Source: Vicinamibacteria bacterium (GTDB lineage: Bacteria; Acidobacteriota; Vicinamibacteria; Marinacidobacterales; Marinacidobacteraceae). From it: a stretch of 64,000 bases of DNA. Under the pieces are notes generated by a model. It ran no database searches. It had not been told where the DNA came from and worked only from the letters and a program-made list of their open reading frames with translations. The translations under genes were made by a program, and so were the position numbers. Shown here piece after piece: positions 1-9,019 of the stretch (the first letter of the stretch is position 1; each line of letters begins with the position of its first letter). The stretch spans positions 352,001-416,000 of the forward strand of contig OY821641.1 of assembly GCA_963555995.3 (NCBI GenBank), in the 5' to 3' direction.

Positions 1-111
1 GACGGTCTGGTAGTAGGCCTTGCCCTCCTCGACCCCCGTGATCAGGAGGCCGGCCAGCGCCACCAGGAACAGTCCCCCACCCACGAAGAACTTGGCCTTG
101 CGCACCGCCAT
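1..111 (-). CDS. ccmE: Cytochrome c maturation protein CcmE, N-terminal part (runs off the window)
   Basis: Manual translation from ATG at 111: MAVRKAKFFVGGGLFLVALAGLLITGVEEGKAYYQTV. Basic N-terminus, one TM helix, then YYxT as in CcmE; TAGGAT box just upstream. Confidence 0.6.
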   Translation of the reverse strand, partial: MAVRKAKFFVGGGLFLVALAGLLITGVEEGKAYYQTV

Positions 112-173
112 AACGGGACAATCCTACCACCGGCAGGGGCAGGGCGGCCGGACGGGCCGGATCGCGGAGGGCC

Positions 174-220
174 GGGAGCGCCGGTCTTCAGACCGGCACG
201 CGGGCCGCAGGCCCGCAGGC
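174..220. repeat. REP-like palindrome
   Basis: GGGAGCGCCGGTC-TTCA-GACCGGCAC; about 50 bp is near-identical to the reverse complement of 22640-22692. Confidence 0.85.
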
Positions 221-287
221 GGCTCAGCGCCCCTCCCCTATGATCGCGAGCGTCCACTCGCAACCCACTCGCCAACTGGAGGATGTC

Positions 288-1499
288 ATGAAGGTCACGC
301 GCCGCGAGTTCATCGGCAACGTTTCCGCCGCCGCCGTCGTCGCCCAGCCGGGCACGGCGGGTCCGGCCGCGACCGCCGACGATCCCCTCGGCGTCCGCGG
401 CGACTTCCCGGTGGTCGAGGAGGGCGTTTATCTCAACTGCGCCTACATCGCCCCGTCGCCGCTCCCGGTCGTCGAAGCCGTCCGGGAGTTCCTCGACGCG
501 AAGATCCGCAGTCCCCGGAGCCTGGGAGCGATGGTGGACGAGTCCCACGCCGCGCGGCGGAAGTTCGCCCGGCTCATCGGCGCCGGTGAGCATGAGGTCG
601 CGTTGCTCTACTCCACCAGCGAGGGCGAGAACATCGTGGCCGGGTCGCTCGACCTCCGCCCCGGCGACAACGTCGTGATTGACGATCTTCACTTCCAAAC
701 CACCTACGTCCTCTACCAGCATCTGGCCGAGACCAGCGGGATCGAGGTCCGCGTGGTGCCGTCGAGCGGCGGCGCCGCGCCGGTGGACGCGTTCGCCGAG
801 TTCATGGACGATCGCACCCGGCTCGTCTCCGTGGCGTGGGTCTCCAACCAGAACGGGTACCAGCAGGACCTCGCGGCCCTCGCCAGGCTGGCCCACGACC
901 GGGGCGCCTACCTCTACGCCGACGCGGTCCAGGGGATCGGCATGCTCGACCTGGACGTGAAAGAGACCGGCATCGACTTGTTCACCACCGGGACCTACAA
1001 GTGGCTGCTGGCCGGGCACGGCGTGGCGCCGTTCTATGTCCGGGAAGAACTTCTGGATGTTGTGGCGCCGGACCGCTACGGCCATCTCCACGTGGCCGAG
1101 GACCTGGGCGAATACCAATACCGGCTCTACGAGGACGCCCGGAAGTACGAGTACGCAACCCTGGCCTTCGAAGCGGTCTACATGTTGAGCGCGGCGCTCG
1201 ACTATCTGCTCCGCATCGGGGTGAAGAACATCGAGCGGCACACGGTGGGTCTGGCGCACCGCCTTCACGAGGGGCTCACCGCCCAGGGTCAGGACGTCTG
1301 GACGCCGCCCGGCAACCGGTCCGCGATCGTCGCCTTCGAGCACCAACGGGACAACGCGATGGTCCGTCGCTCGCTCATGGAGGCGCGCATCAACGTGAGT
1401 CTCCGCGAGGGCGGGGCCCACGTCCGTGCGTCGCCGGCGCTCTTCAACAACGCCGCCGAGATAGACGCGCTACTGGATGTGACGGGGGGCTGGGCGTAG
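288..1499 (+). CDS. Aminotransferase class V / cysteine desulfurase-like PLP enzyme with Tat-like leader
   Basis: YLNCA, YADAVQGIG and TGTYKWLL (PLP lysine) motifs; N-terminal TRREFI twin-arginine motif; GGAGGA RBS before ATG 288. Confidence 0.85.
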   Translation: MKVTRREFIGNVSAAAVVAQPGTAGPAATADDPLGVRGDFPVVEEGVYLNCAYIAPSPLPVVEAVREFLDAKIRSPRSLGAMVDESHAARRKFARLIGAGEHEVALLYSTSEGENIVAGSLDLRPGDNVVIDDLHFQTTYVLYQHLAETSGIEVRVVPSSGGAAPVDAFAEFMDDRTRLVSVAWVSNQNGYQQDLAALARLAHDRGAYLYADAVQGIGMLDLDVKETGIDLFTTGTYKWLLAGHGVAPFYVREELLDVVAPDRYGHLHVAEDLGEYQYRLYEDARKYEYATLAFEAVYMLSAALDYLLRIGVKNIERHTVGLAHRLHEGLTAQGQDVWTPPGNRSAIVAFEHQRDNAMVRRSLMEARINVSLREGGAHVRASPALFNNAAEIDALLDVTGGWA

Positions 1500-1512
1500 C
1501 GGGGCCGCGACC

Positions 1513-1589
1513 GGGACCGCCGGTCTTCAGACCGGCACGCGCAGCGCTCCGCGCCGCGCACGTCGCGACCCCACCCAGCCTTCACGGCC
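1513..1589. repeat. REP palindrome plus 60-bp direct repeat, copy 1
   Basis: 1530-1589 matches 2222-2281 with 2 mismatches. Confidence 0.85.
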
Positions 1590-1611
1590 AGACCGCCTCG
1601 GAGCACCGGCC

Positions 1612-1741
1612 TCCGGCCGCCGCTTCGCTTCGACTTTTCCACATTCGGGTCTCGGGTGGGAAAAATTCGGCCGAATTCTCGTCTATGTCCAGTAGGGAAG
1701 CGGCGCCCTTCGTTTCGCCGCCATCCGCTGGAGGAATCACC
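1612..1741 (+). promoter_or_regulatory. Conserved upstream cassette shared with 50098-50200 (minus strand)
   Basis: GCCGCTTCGCTTCGACTTTTCCACATTC..CGGGTGGGAAAAATTCGGC..CGTCT..GTCCA..TGGAGGA is present in both places. Confidence 0.7.
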
Positions 1742-2182
1742 GTGGACCGACCAGAAAACAACCCGATAGCCGTGGCTACCCACGAGGTGGCGGCGCCGCC
1801 CTATACTCATCGAAGTGACGGGACGCAGGAAACGATGAACGAGGCGCGGGCGGGAACGGTCGTGACGGATCGGCGACTCTCGCTCGAAAGAGCCCTCGTG
1901 CCAGCGCTCCTGGGCGGGATCTTCGTGATCGCCGGATGGTTCGCCGTCCACGTCTCTGCCCAGACACGCGAGTTGCGGGCGGAAATGGGAGACGTCCGAA
2001 GCGAACTGGGAGAGGTCAAGGGCCGCCTCGACGGGGTGGACCGACGCCTCGACGGGATGGACCGACGCCTCGATGGGATGGACCGACGGATCGAAAGCCT
2101 GCGGGGCGACCTGAACGAGCGGTTGGGGCGCATTGAGGCCCTGCTGATGGAACAGCGCCCTCCGCCGACCTCCGGTCCGTAG
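1742..2182 (+). CDS. Small single-TM coiled-coil protein with 7-aa (21-bp) repeats
   Basis: GGAGGA RBS then GTG 1742 (alternative ATG 1835); hydrophobic LVPALLGGIFVIAGWFAV followed by RLDGVDR/RLDGMDR heptads. Confidence 0.7.
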   Translation: MDRPENNPIAVATHEVAAPPYTHRSDGTQETMNEARAGTVVTDRRLSLERALVPALLGGIFVIAGWFAVHVSAQTRELRAEMGDVRSELGEVKGRLDGVDRRLDGMDRRLDGMDRRIESLRGDLNERLGRIEALLMEQRPPPTSGP

Positions 2183-2204
2183 GCCCGCCGAGTCACAGAA
2201 CGGC

Positions 2205-2281
2205 TTGGAACACGAGTCTCCGACCGGCACGCGCGGCGCTCCGCGCCGCGCACGTCGTGACCCCACCCAGCCTTCACGGCC
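2205..2281. repeat. Degenerate REP plus 60-bp direct repeat, copy 2
   Basis: Matches 1530-1589. Confidence 0.8.
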
Positions 2282-2385
2282 CGGCCGACTCGAACCGGCC
2301 GGACCTCTACCCGCTGCCGCCGGGCCTGTTGTCCGACGAAGAGGTGGCAGCCTTGATGGATGACGCCAAAGGAAACCGGTGAGGA

Positions 2386-2407
2386 TGTAGCTACCTGGGG
2401 CTACAAT
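2386..2407 (+). promoter_or_regulatory. TA operator overlapping a -10 box
   Basis: Inverted repeat TGTAGC-N8-GCTACA overlapping TACAAT, which ends 6 nt before ATG 2414. Confidence 0.55.
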
Positions 2408-2413
2408 CGCCGT

Positions 2414-2707
2414 ATGAAAACCGTCGGTATCCGGGTGCTCAAGAACCGGTTGAGCGAGTACGTGCGCATCGTCCAGAACGGGGAACGGGTGACCGTGACG
2501 AGCCGCGGTGCACCGGTGGTGGACCTCGTTCCGCACGCACCGGACGGGCTTGACCCCGACGACGAACTCCTGCGGCGAGCCCGTGCCGGCAAGGTACGGC
2601 TCGGCCTGCCGAACGTGAAAGCGGTGTACACGCGCCCGCCCGCAAAACGCCGGTTGCCGGATGATGTCGTCGAGGCGCTGCTTGACGAAGTACGGGGCAA
2701 CCGGTGA
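2414..2707 (+). CDS. Phd/YefM family antitoxin
   Basis: MKTVGIRVLKNRLSEYVRIVQNGERVTVTSRGAPV is a typical Phd N-terminus; overlaps the toxin start. Confidence 0.9.
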   Translation: MKTVGIRVLKNRLSEYVRIVQNGERVTVTSRGAPVVDLVPHAPDGLDPDDELLRRARAGKVRLGLPNVKAVYTRPPAKRRLPDDVVEALLDEVRGNR

Positions 2708-3135
2708 CTCTCTATGCGGAAACGAGCGCGGTCCTCGCGTGGCTCTTCGGAGAAATCCGCGGTCCGGTCGCGCTCGCCGCTCTGAGGAAGAGCGACCGTG
2801 TTTTCGCTTCCGAGCTGACGTTCATCGAAAGCCATCGCGCGATCCACGCTGCCGTCGCGACCGGGAGGCTCGGTCGCGCTCACGGAGACGAGGCCCGGGA
2901 GCAGCTCGAGTCCGAGACGGTTTCCTGGATCGTCCATGACTTCGACGCCGAGATCACTCGCCGAGCGCGACGCGGTTTTCCGCGGGAACCGTTGCGCGCC
3001 CTCGATGCGCTGCACCTGGCCACCGCCATGGAAATCCGGGCGTTTCGCCCGGAGTTGAACCTGTTGTCCTTCGACCGCCGGGTGCGGGAGAACGCCGCCG
3101 CGATGGGGTTCGAGCTGGTGCCGGACGGGATCTGA
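2704..3135 (+). CDS. VapC/PIN domain toxin
   Basis: LYAETSAVLAWL, LRALDALHLATA and SFDRR PIN motifs; GTGA overlap with the antitoxin. Confidence 0.9.
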   Translation: MTLYAETSAVLAWLFGEIRGPVALAALRKSDRVFASELTFIESHRAIHAAVATGRLGRAHGDEAREQLESETVSWIVHDFDAEITRRARRGFPREPLRALDALHLATAMEIRAFRPELNLLSFDRRVRENAAAMGFELVPDGI

Positions 3136-3218
3136 TCGACTGGACCACAGAGTTCGGCATCGCGGGCGGCCTGCCGGGACTCGTGCCGATTCCGTGTTCC
3201 AGTGCGATTTGCGTGTCC

Positions 3219-3272
3219 GGACAAGATGGTGGACACTCCACCGGACAATCTGCGGGACAATACTCAGGACAA
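3219..3272 (+). repeat. Five GGACA(A/C) boxes at exact 12-bp spacing
   Basis: Boxes start at 3219, 3231, 3243, 3255 and 3267, upstream of the Fic gene. Confidence 0.7.
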
Positions 3273-3306
3273 ACTACGGCCCAACGTTGGCCCGGAGGGC
3301 AGCGCC

Positions 3307-4521
3307 ATGACGACTTCGGGAGAGCGCGAGTACCAGAGGACCCACCCCTGGATCCGCTTCCAGCTCGACCTCCGGAAGGCCGATCCCGGACTCTGGGTCC
3401 TGCTCGGCCAGATCGTCGCCTTTGGCGAGTTCGTGTCCCGGGCGCTGCTGCCTCCGAAGGTGGCTGCGAACCTGGCGCGCCTCTACCTCGCCAAGGGCGT
3501 TCAGGCGACGGTCGCGATCGAGGGCAACACGCTCAGCGAGGAGGAGGTCCTCGCGCAGATTGATGACAGGCTCGAGCTTCCCGCTTCCAGGGAATACCTG
3601 GGCCGGGAAGTCGGGAATGTGGTGGATGCGGCCAACGACATCGTCACGCGCATCCACGGCGGGAACGCCCCGCGGCTCACCGCGGCGTTCGTGGCCGACT
3701 GCAACGGCCGCATCCTCACCGGGCTTGCCGAAGTGCTCGGGGACGAGGTGGAGCCCGGGCGCATCCGCAAGCACTCCGTCGGCGTAGGCCGCTACCGGGG
3801 GGCGCCCGCCGAGGACTGCGAGTACCTGCTGGACCAACTGGGCGAGTGGTTGGAGGCGATTCCTCAGCTCACGGTCCTCGCCACCGAATCGGACAACCGC
3901 GTCGCAACCGGGGTCCTGCGCGCCGTGCTGGCCCATCTCTACCTTGCCTGGATCCACCCTTTCGGGGATGGCAACGGGAGAACCGCCCGGCTCGTCGAGC
4001 TGTCCCTGCTGGCGCGCGTCCTGCCGTTCCCGTCGACGCAGCTTCTGAGTAACCACTACCACGACACCCGCGCTGCCTACTACCGCGAACTCGACCGCGC
4101 CGGCCAGGCGAACCAGCGGCGCGGCGATGCGATCGGCTTCCTGCGCTACGCCCTCCAGGGACTCTCCGACGGACTCCGGGAGCAGTGCCGGGAGGTGACC
4201 CGCATTCATCACCGGATCGCTTGGCGTGACTTCGTGTATCGCCGGTTCGACGAGGAAGAGACGTCCTCGGCGGTGCTTCGCCGCCGGCAGCTTCTCCTCG
4301 AGTTGCCGCCCCCCTCGACCCCGGTGTCCAGGGAGCGGATCCCGATCCACAGTCTGAAGCTCGCTCATTCCTATTCCGGCCTGAATCCCAAGACGCTGGA
4401 TCGGGATCTGAACTGGTTGATCGAGAAGGGGCTCGTGGTCCGCTCCCCGGACGGCTATGCCGCCAACCGCGGTCTCATGCAGGCGTTCGTGATGCCGGGT
4501 GCACCGGAGGGCGGTACGTAA
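3307..4521 (+). CDS. Fic family protein with C-terminal wHTH-like region
   Basis: HPFGDGNGRTAR Fic motif; TVAIEGN inhibitory-helix-like motif; KTLDRDLNWLIEKGLV HTH-like end. Confidence 0.92.
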   Translation: MTTSGEREYQRTHPWIRFQLDLRKADPGLWVLLGQIVAFGEFVSRALLPPKVAANLARLYLAKGVQATVAIEGNTLSEEEVLAQIDDRLELPASREYLGREVGNVVDAANDIVTRIHGGNAPRLTAAFVADCNGRILTGLAEVLGDEVEPGRIRKHSVGVGRYRGAPAEDCEYLLDQLGEWLEAIPQLTVLATESDNRVATGVLRAVLAHLYLAWIHPFGDGNGRTARLVELSLLARVLPFPSTQLLSNHYHDTRAAYYRELDRAGQANQRRGDAIGFLRYALQGLSDGLREQCREVTRIHHRIAWRDFVYRRFDEEETSSAVLRRRQLLLELPPPSTPVSRERIPIHSLKLAHSYSGLNPKTLDRDLNWLIEKGLVVRSPDGYAANRGLMQAFVMPGAPEGGT

Positions 4522-4587
4522 CCGGCATTCCCCGGGACCTTCTTCCACCAGCCCGCTACCGGACCAGGAACGCCCCGCGCTCTCACA

Positions 4588-4786
4588 GGTTCCGCCGCCG
4601 CCGTATCTCGTCCTGACCAGGACCTCCGCAGGTAGGACGACAGCACCGGATCAACCAGCGTCCAGCGCCCGTCGTCGTTCCGGTCCAACATATGTTGGAA
4701 CAAGGATCATTGGTCCAACAGATATGGAAGCCACGTCTTCCTCGGGGCGGTGCGCCCGGGGCACGGGGGCGCCATGCCTGCCGGTT
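4588..4786 (-). pseudogene. Internally deleted copy of the ATPase locus at 15922-17064 (3' end joined to the promoter region)
   Basis: 4588-4684 resembles 15898-15988 ([19 protein letters not shown]); 4684-4786 resembles about 17079-17181. Confidence 0.8.
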
Positions 4787-4935
4787 GCCCGTCCTCGATC
4801 CGCGGGAAGTCGCCGGGCAGCACGTCCTCGAGCCGGTTGGTCCGCTGCCAGACCGGGAACGCCCCGTGCGCCCTCAGGTCCCGCCGCCGCGACCGCGATC
4901 GCGCATGGGTGACAATTGCCCGCGGAACCGAGGCA

Positions 4936-6567
4936 ATGTCACCCGCACGACCGAAGAAGGCGAAGCGCGCGGCCAGGACTGCCGGCGGGAGCGCCACCAC
5001 CGGCTACGAGGCCGAACTCTGGGCGATGGCCGACGCGCTGCGCGGCAGCATGGACGCGGCCGAATACAAGCACGTCGTCCTCGGGCTCATCTTCCTGAAG
5101 TACATCTCGGACGCCTTCGAGGAGACGTACGCCCGCCTGGAGGCCGAGAGGGACGAGGGCGCGGACCCGGAAGACCCGGACGAGTACCGCGCTGACAACG
5201 TCTTCTGGGTGCCCCCGGAGGCCCGCTGGAACCGCCTCCAGGCGCAGGCGAAGCAGGCCACGGTCGGCCGGCTCGTGGACGACGCGATGGCGGGTATCGA
5301 GCGCGACAACCCGGCCCTCAGGGAGGTGCTGCCCAAGGAGTACGCGCGCCCGGCGCTCGACAAGCAGCGGCTCGGCCAGCTCATGGATCTGGTCAGCAAC
5401 ATCCGGGTCGGAGACAGGGAAGCCCGCTCCCGGGATGTCCTCGGCCGGGTGTACGAGTACTTCCTCTCCGAGTTCGCGAACGCCGAGGGCAAGAAGGGCG
5501 GCGAGTTCTACACGCCGCGCTGCGTCGTCCGGCTGCTCGTCGAGATGATCGAGCCGTACCAGGGCCGGGTGTACGACCCGTGCTGCGGCTCCTCCGGGAT
5601 GTTCGTCCAGTCCGTCGAGTTCATCGAGGCGCACGCGAGCGGCAACGGGAACGCCCGGACCACGCCCTCGGGGGCCAAGGCGGACATCTCGATCTACGGT
5701 CAGGAGTCCAACTACACGACCTGGCGGCTCGCCCGGATGAACCTGGCCATCCGCGGCATTGGTGGCCAGATCGCCCAGGGCGACACCTTCCACAACGACC
5801 GGCATCCCGACCTGCGAGCCGACTTCATCCTGGCGAACCCGCCGTTCAACGTGTCCGACTGGGGAGGCGACCGCCTCACCGAGGACCCGCGGTGGGAATA
5901 CGGCGTGCCGCCGAAGGGCAACGCGAACTTCGCGTGGGTGCAGCACATCGTCCACCACCTGGCGCCGACAGGTGTCGCCGGGTTCGTCCTCGCCAACGGG
6001 TCCATGTCCTCGCAGCAGTCCGGGGAAGGGGAGATCCGCAAGAACCTGATCGAAGCGGGTCTCGTGGACTGCATGGTCGCCCTGCCGGGGCAGCTCTTCT
6101 ACTCGACCCAGATCCCGGCGTGCCTCTGGTTCCTGTCCCGGCGGCGGTTCGGCGGCGGCCTGCGCGACCGGCGCGGCGAGGTGTTGTTCGTGGACGCCCG
6201 GCGGCTCGGCCGCATGGTGACCCGCCGCCACCGCGAACTGACGGACGCGGAGATCACCCGGATCGCGGACACCTACCACGCCTGGCGCGGCGAGGAAGGA
6301 ACGGGCGACTACGAGGACGTCCCGGGCTTCTGCCGGAGCGCCCCGCTCGACGAGGTGCGGAAGCACGGGTACGTGCTGACGCCTGGACGGTACGTGGGCG
6401 CGGAGCCGGAAGAGGACGACGGGGAACCGTTCGAGGCGAAGATGAAGCGGCTCGCCGCGGAGTGGCGGGAACAGCAGGCCGAGGCGGCGCGGCTCGACGC
6501 GGAGATCGCGGCCAATCTCGCAGCGCTGGGTTTCGGGGACGGTGGTGGCGGCAATTCAGCGACTTGA
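4936..6567 (+). CDS. hsdM: Type I R-M methyltransferase subunit
   Basis: [27 protein letters not shown] (motif I) and ANPPFN (motif IV, m6A). Confidence 0.97.
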   Translation: MSPARPKKAKRAARTAGGSATTGYEAELWAMADALRGSMDAAEYKHVVLGLIFLKYISDAFEETYARLEAERDEGADPEDPDEYRADNVFWVPPEARWNRLQAQAKQATVGRLVDDAMAGIERDNPALREVLPKEYARPALDKQRLGQLMDLVSNIRVGDREARSRDVLGRVYEYFLSEFANAEGKKGGEFYTPRCVVRLLVEMIEPYQGRVYDPCCGSSGMFVQSVEFIEAHASGNGNARTTPSGAKADISIYGQESNYTTWRLARMNLAIRGIGGQIAQGDTFHNDRHPDLRADFILANPPFNVSDWGGDRLTEDPRWEYGVPPKGNANFAWVQHIVHHLAPTGVAGFVLANGSMSSQQSGEGEIRKNLIEAGLVDCMVALPGQLFYSTQIPACLWFLSRRRFGGGLRDRRGEVLFVDARRLGRMVTRRHRELTDAEITRIADTYHAWRGEEGTGDYEDVPGFCRSAPLDEVRKHGYVLTPGRYVGAEPEEDDGEPFEAKMKRLAAEWREQQAEAARLDAEIAANLAALGFGDGGGGNSAT

Positions 6568-6828
6568 GATCACAATCCGTGATGTCAAGTCGGGACGGGC
6601 GCCCGTCTCTCCCGCTCCCATTGCTGAACCGGGTGTCTTGATGTTCTCCGGAGTGCTGCGCAGTCCGCGCGCTGTTACGGTTCAGAAGATGCGGAAGGCG
6701 ACCCGATTCCACCTCGACAGCTCTGCGGGATTCGGGGAGCTGGTTTCGGGAACGGTCGTCCAGTGTGGGGCTGGTGGTGGCCGCCCCGGCATACAGACGC
6801 GCCCGATCCCACCGGGGAGTCGCCCGCG

Positions 6829-8127
6829 ATGACGTTCGACGCGGCAGACGTTCGGGAACGAATCCGCCTCGGCGAGGACGCGCGCTGGGAGCTCAAGGAG
6901 GTGGTGTTTCGAGGGAACCGCCTCGTCGGTCCCCGGCCTGACGCGCTTGCGGATGAGTTGGCCGCCTTCGCCAACGGTCGTGGCGGCATTTTGCTCCTCG
7001 GCGTGACCGAGGGTGGCGAGGTCCAGGGAGTCACCCGTACCCAACTCGATGAGCTTGACCGTAACGTCGTGGACCTCTGCCACAACCGGATCACGCCCCC
7101 TATCGAGGTCGATATCCGCCGTTTCCTCATCGAACCCGGGAAACCGGTCCTCTCCGTCGAGGTCGAACCGGGCTACGCCCAGCACGACAGCCCCGGCGGC
7201 GCGTACCAGCGCTTCGGCGGCAGCAAACGGCGGATGTCGCCGGATGAACGGCGTCGGCTCGCCGAGATCCGAAATCAGGCCCCCTTTCGGTGGTTCGACA
7301 AGCAACCGGTGCCAGGCACCGGACTCGGCAGTCTCGACGACGCGCTTTGGGAACCGATGCTGGACGCTCAGGGACGGCTCGATCCCAGAAGAGGCCTTGC
7401 GAGACTGGCTCTCCTGGCGTCCGAAGCCGAGGCGGCGGCTGAAGCGACCGTCGCCGGCGTTTTGCTGTGCAGCCGCGCGCCGGAGCGATGGCTGCCAAAC
7501 GCCTGCATCACGGCGACTCACTATCGGGGCAAGGACCGCAGTTCCCCGCAGTTGGACGCGCGGGTCATCACGGGGCCGCTCCACCGGCAGGTCGCCGACG
7601 CCATGACCTTCGTCGAGCGGAACATGCAGGTCGATGCCCACAAGACGTCAGCCCGGATGGATCAGCCCGAATACAGCCTCGAAGCGGTGTTCGAGGCGCT
7701 GGTGAACGCCGTGGCGCACCGCGACTACACGATCCGGGAAAGCCCAATCCGGCTTTCGATGTTCTCGGATCGGTTGGAGATTGCTACTCCGGGTCGGCTG
7801 CCGGGCAGTCTGACCGCCGATACGATGGGCAGCCGTCAGGCAACACGGAATGAAGCCATCGTTTCCATATTGACCGACATCGCGCTGGATGGAGTTTCCC
7901 GCTCGGGCAGCCCAGGTTTCTTGATGACGCGGCGCGGCGTCGGTATTGCCACTATCGCCCATAGAACCCGACGGCTCACGGGCCGGTCGCCCGTATATGA
8001 CGTGTCGGACGATGCCGTTACCCTCACGATTCCGGCGTCTCACCGCACAATGCCGAAGCTCTTCGCGAGAGCTTCCCGGCAAGGACGGGCCGCCGGCGGA
8101 ACCGCCGATGCGAGGTTGGCAGGATGA
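6829..8127 (+). CDS. AlbA_2 (Schlafen-like) domain plus HATPase_c_4 (RecG C-terminal-like) protein
   Basis: WELKE..DELAAFANGRGGILLLGV (AlbA_2); EALVNAVAHRDY..FSDRLEIATPG (HATPase_c_4). Confidence 0.85.
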   Translation: MTFDAADVRERIRLGEDARWELKEVVFRGNRLVGPRPDALADELAAFANGRGGILLLGVTEGGEVQGVTRTQLDELDRNVVDLCHNRITPPIEVDIRRFLIEPGKPVLSVEVEPGYAQHDSPGGAYQRFGGSKRRMSPDERRRLAEIRNQAPFRWFDKQPVPGTGLGSLDDALWEPMLDAQGRLDPRRGLARLALLASEAEAAAEATVAGVLLCSRAPERWLPNACITATHYRGKDRSSPQLDARVITGPLHRQVADAMTFVERNMQVDAHKTSARMDQPEYSLEAVFEALVNAVAHRDYTIRESPIRLSMFSDRLEIATPGRLPGSLTADTMGSRQATRNEAIVSILTDIALDGVSRSGSPGFLMTRRGVGIATIAHRTRRLTGRSPVYDVSDDAVTLTIPASHRTMPKLFARASRQGRAAGGTADARLAG

Positions 8128-8609
8128 TCGCCGAAAAGGAACCGAGAATTGACTACTCCAGGTTCCAACTCTCCCTCAGACGGCTGGTGGAACAACATGA
8201 CAACCTCTTGGCCGCCGACGATGCGCTTTCGCGGCTGGACCGCGAGGCGCGTACCGAATCGGTGATTCGGCGTTTCAAGATGTGCTACGACTGCCTGTGG
8301 AAGGTCTTGAAGCGCTACCTCATCCAGAATCTCGGACTGGCTGATCCGCCAAATAGTCCTGTCCCGCTCTTCCGTCTGGCCGCGGAGAACGGTGTGTTCG
8401 ATTCACCCGTTGAGCAGTGGATGCGGTACGTGGCCGCGCGAGTTGACACTGCCCACCACCACGACGGGGAGAAGGCGAAGCGCTGCCTCGATACCGTGCC
8501 CGAGTTTCTGGACGACGCCATCCATCTCTATGGGACGATAACGGGTGAACCATGGGGCAGCAATCCTGCCGCGCCGTTTGCCGCCGGTAGTGCACCATGC
8601 TGGACCTGA
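8124..8609 (+). CDS. HEPN / nucleotidyltransferase substrate-binding protein (HI0074-like), copy 1
   Basis: ESVIRRFKMCYDCLWKVLKRYL..SPVPLFR..RVDTAH (Rx4H). Confidence 0.8.
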   Translation: MIAEKEPRIDYSRFQLSLRRLVEQHDNLLAADDALSRLDREARTESVIRRFKMCYDCLWKVLKRYLIQNLGLADPPNSPVPLFRLAAENGVFDSPVEQWMRYVAARVDTAHHHDGEKAKRCLDTVPEFLDDAIHLYGTITGEPWGSNPAAPFAAGSAPCWT

Positions 8610-9019
8610 CTCCGCTCGACAACGCCATAGCCCAACTCGAAGAGGCGCTCGATTTCCACGGGTCTGACCTTGCTGCCGAGCAGCCGCGACTCCGGCTCCA
8701 GTTGCGCGCGGCCGCGATTCAGGCGTTCGAATTCACGTACGAGCTCTCCTTCAAGATGCTTGGCCGGTATCTGGAGCAAGTTATGCCGAATCCAGCGGCA
8801 GTGGACAAGATGCCGTTCAAGGACCTGATCCGGGAAGCGCTGGGTCGCGGGCTGCTCGCCGCGGACGTAGATGCGTGGGAGCGGTTCCGGAAGTTTCGGG
8901 GAACGACCAGCCACACCTACGACGCCGGAAAGGCACAGGCCATCTTCGAAGGCATTCCGGAGTTTCTGGACGAAGTCCGGTATCTCCGGAAGCGGCTCCG
9001 CACCAACGTGGAAGGGTGA
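8597..9019 (+). CDS. HEPN / nucleotidyltransferase substrate-binding protein (HI0074-like), copy 2
   Basis: AAAIQAFEFTYELSFKML..FKDLIREA..RGTTSHTY (Rx4HxY). Confidence 0.9.
   Translation: MLDLTPLDNAIAQLEEALDFHGSDLAAEQPRLRLQLRAAAIQAFEFTYELSFKMLGRYLEQVMPNPAAVDKMPFKDLIREALGRGLLAADVDAWERFRKFRGTTSHTYDAGKAQAIFEGIPEFLDEVRYLRKRLRTNVEG

Noticed and set aside
1530-4521. Integron cassette array
   Set aside because: No integron integrase and no attC-type RYYYAAC/GTTRRRY boundaries recognised; the flanking repeats are REP-type.
6680-6760. Possible decayed duplicate of the hsdM 3' end
   Set aside because: Only a short match (CTGGTTTCGGGAACGGT versus CTGGGTTTCGGGGACGGT) and a few spaced residues; too weak without an alignment statistic.
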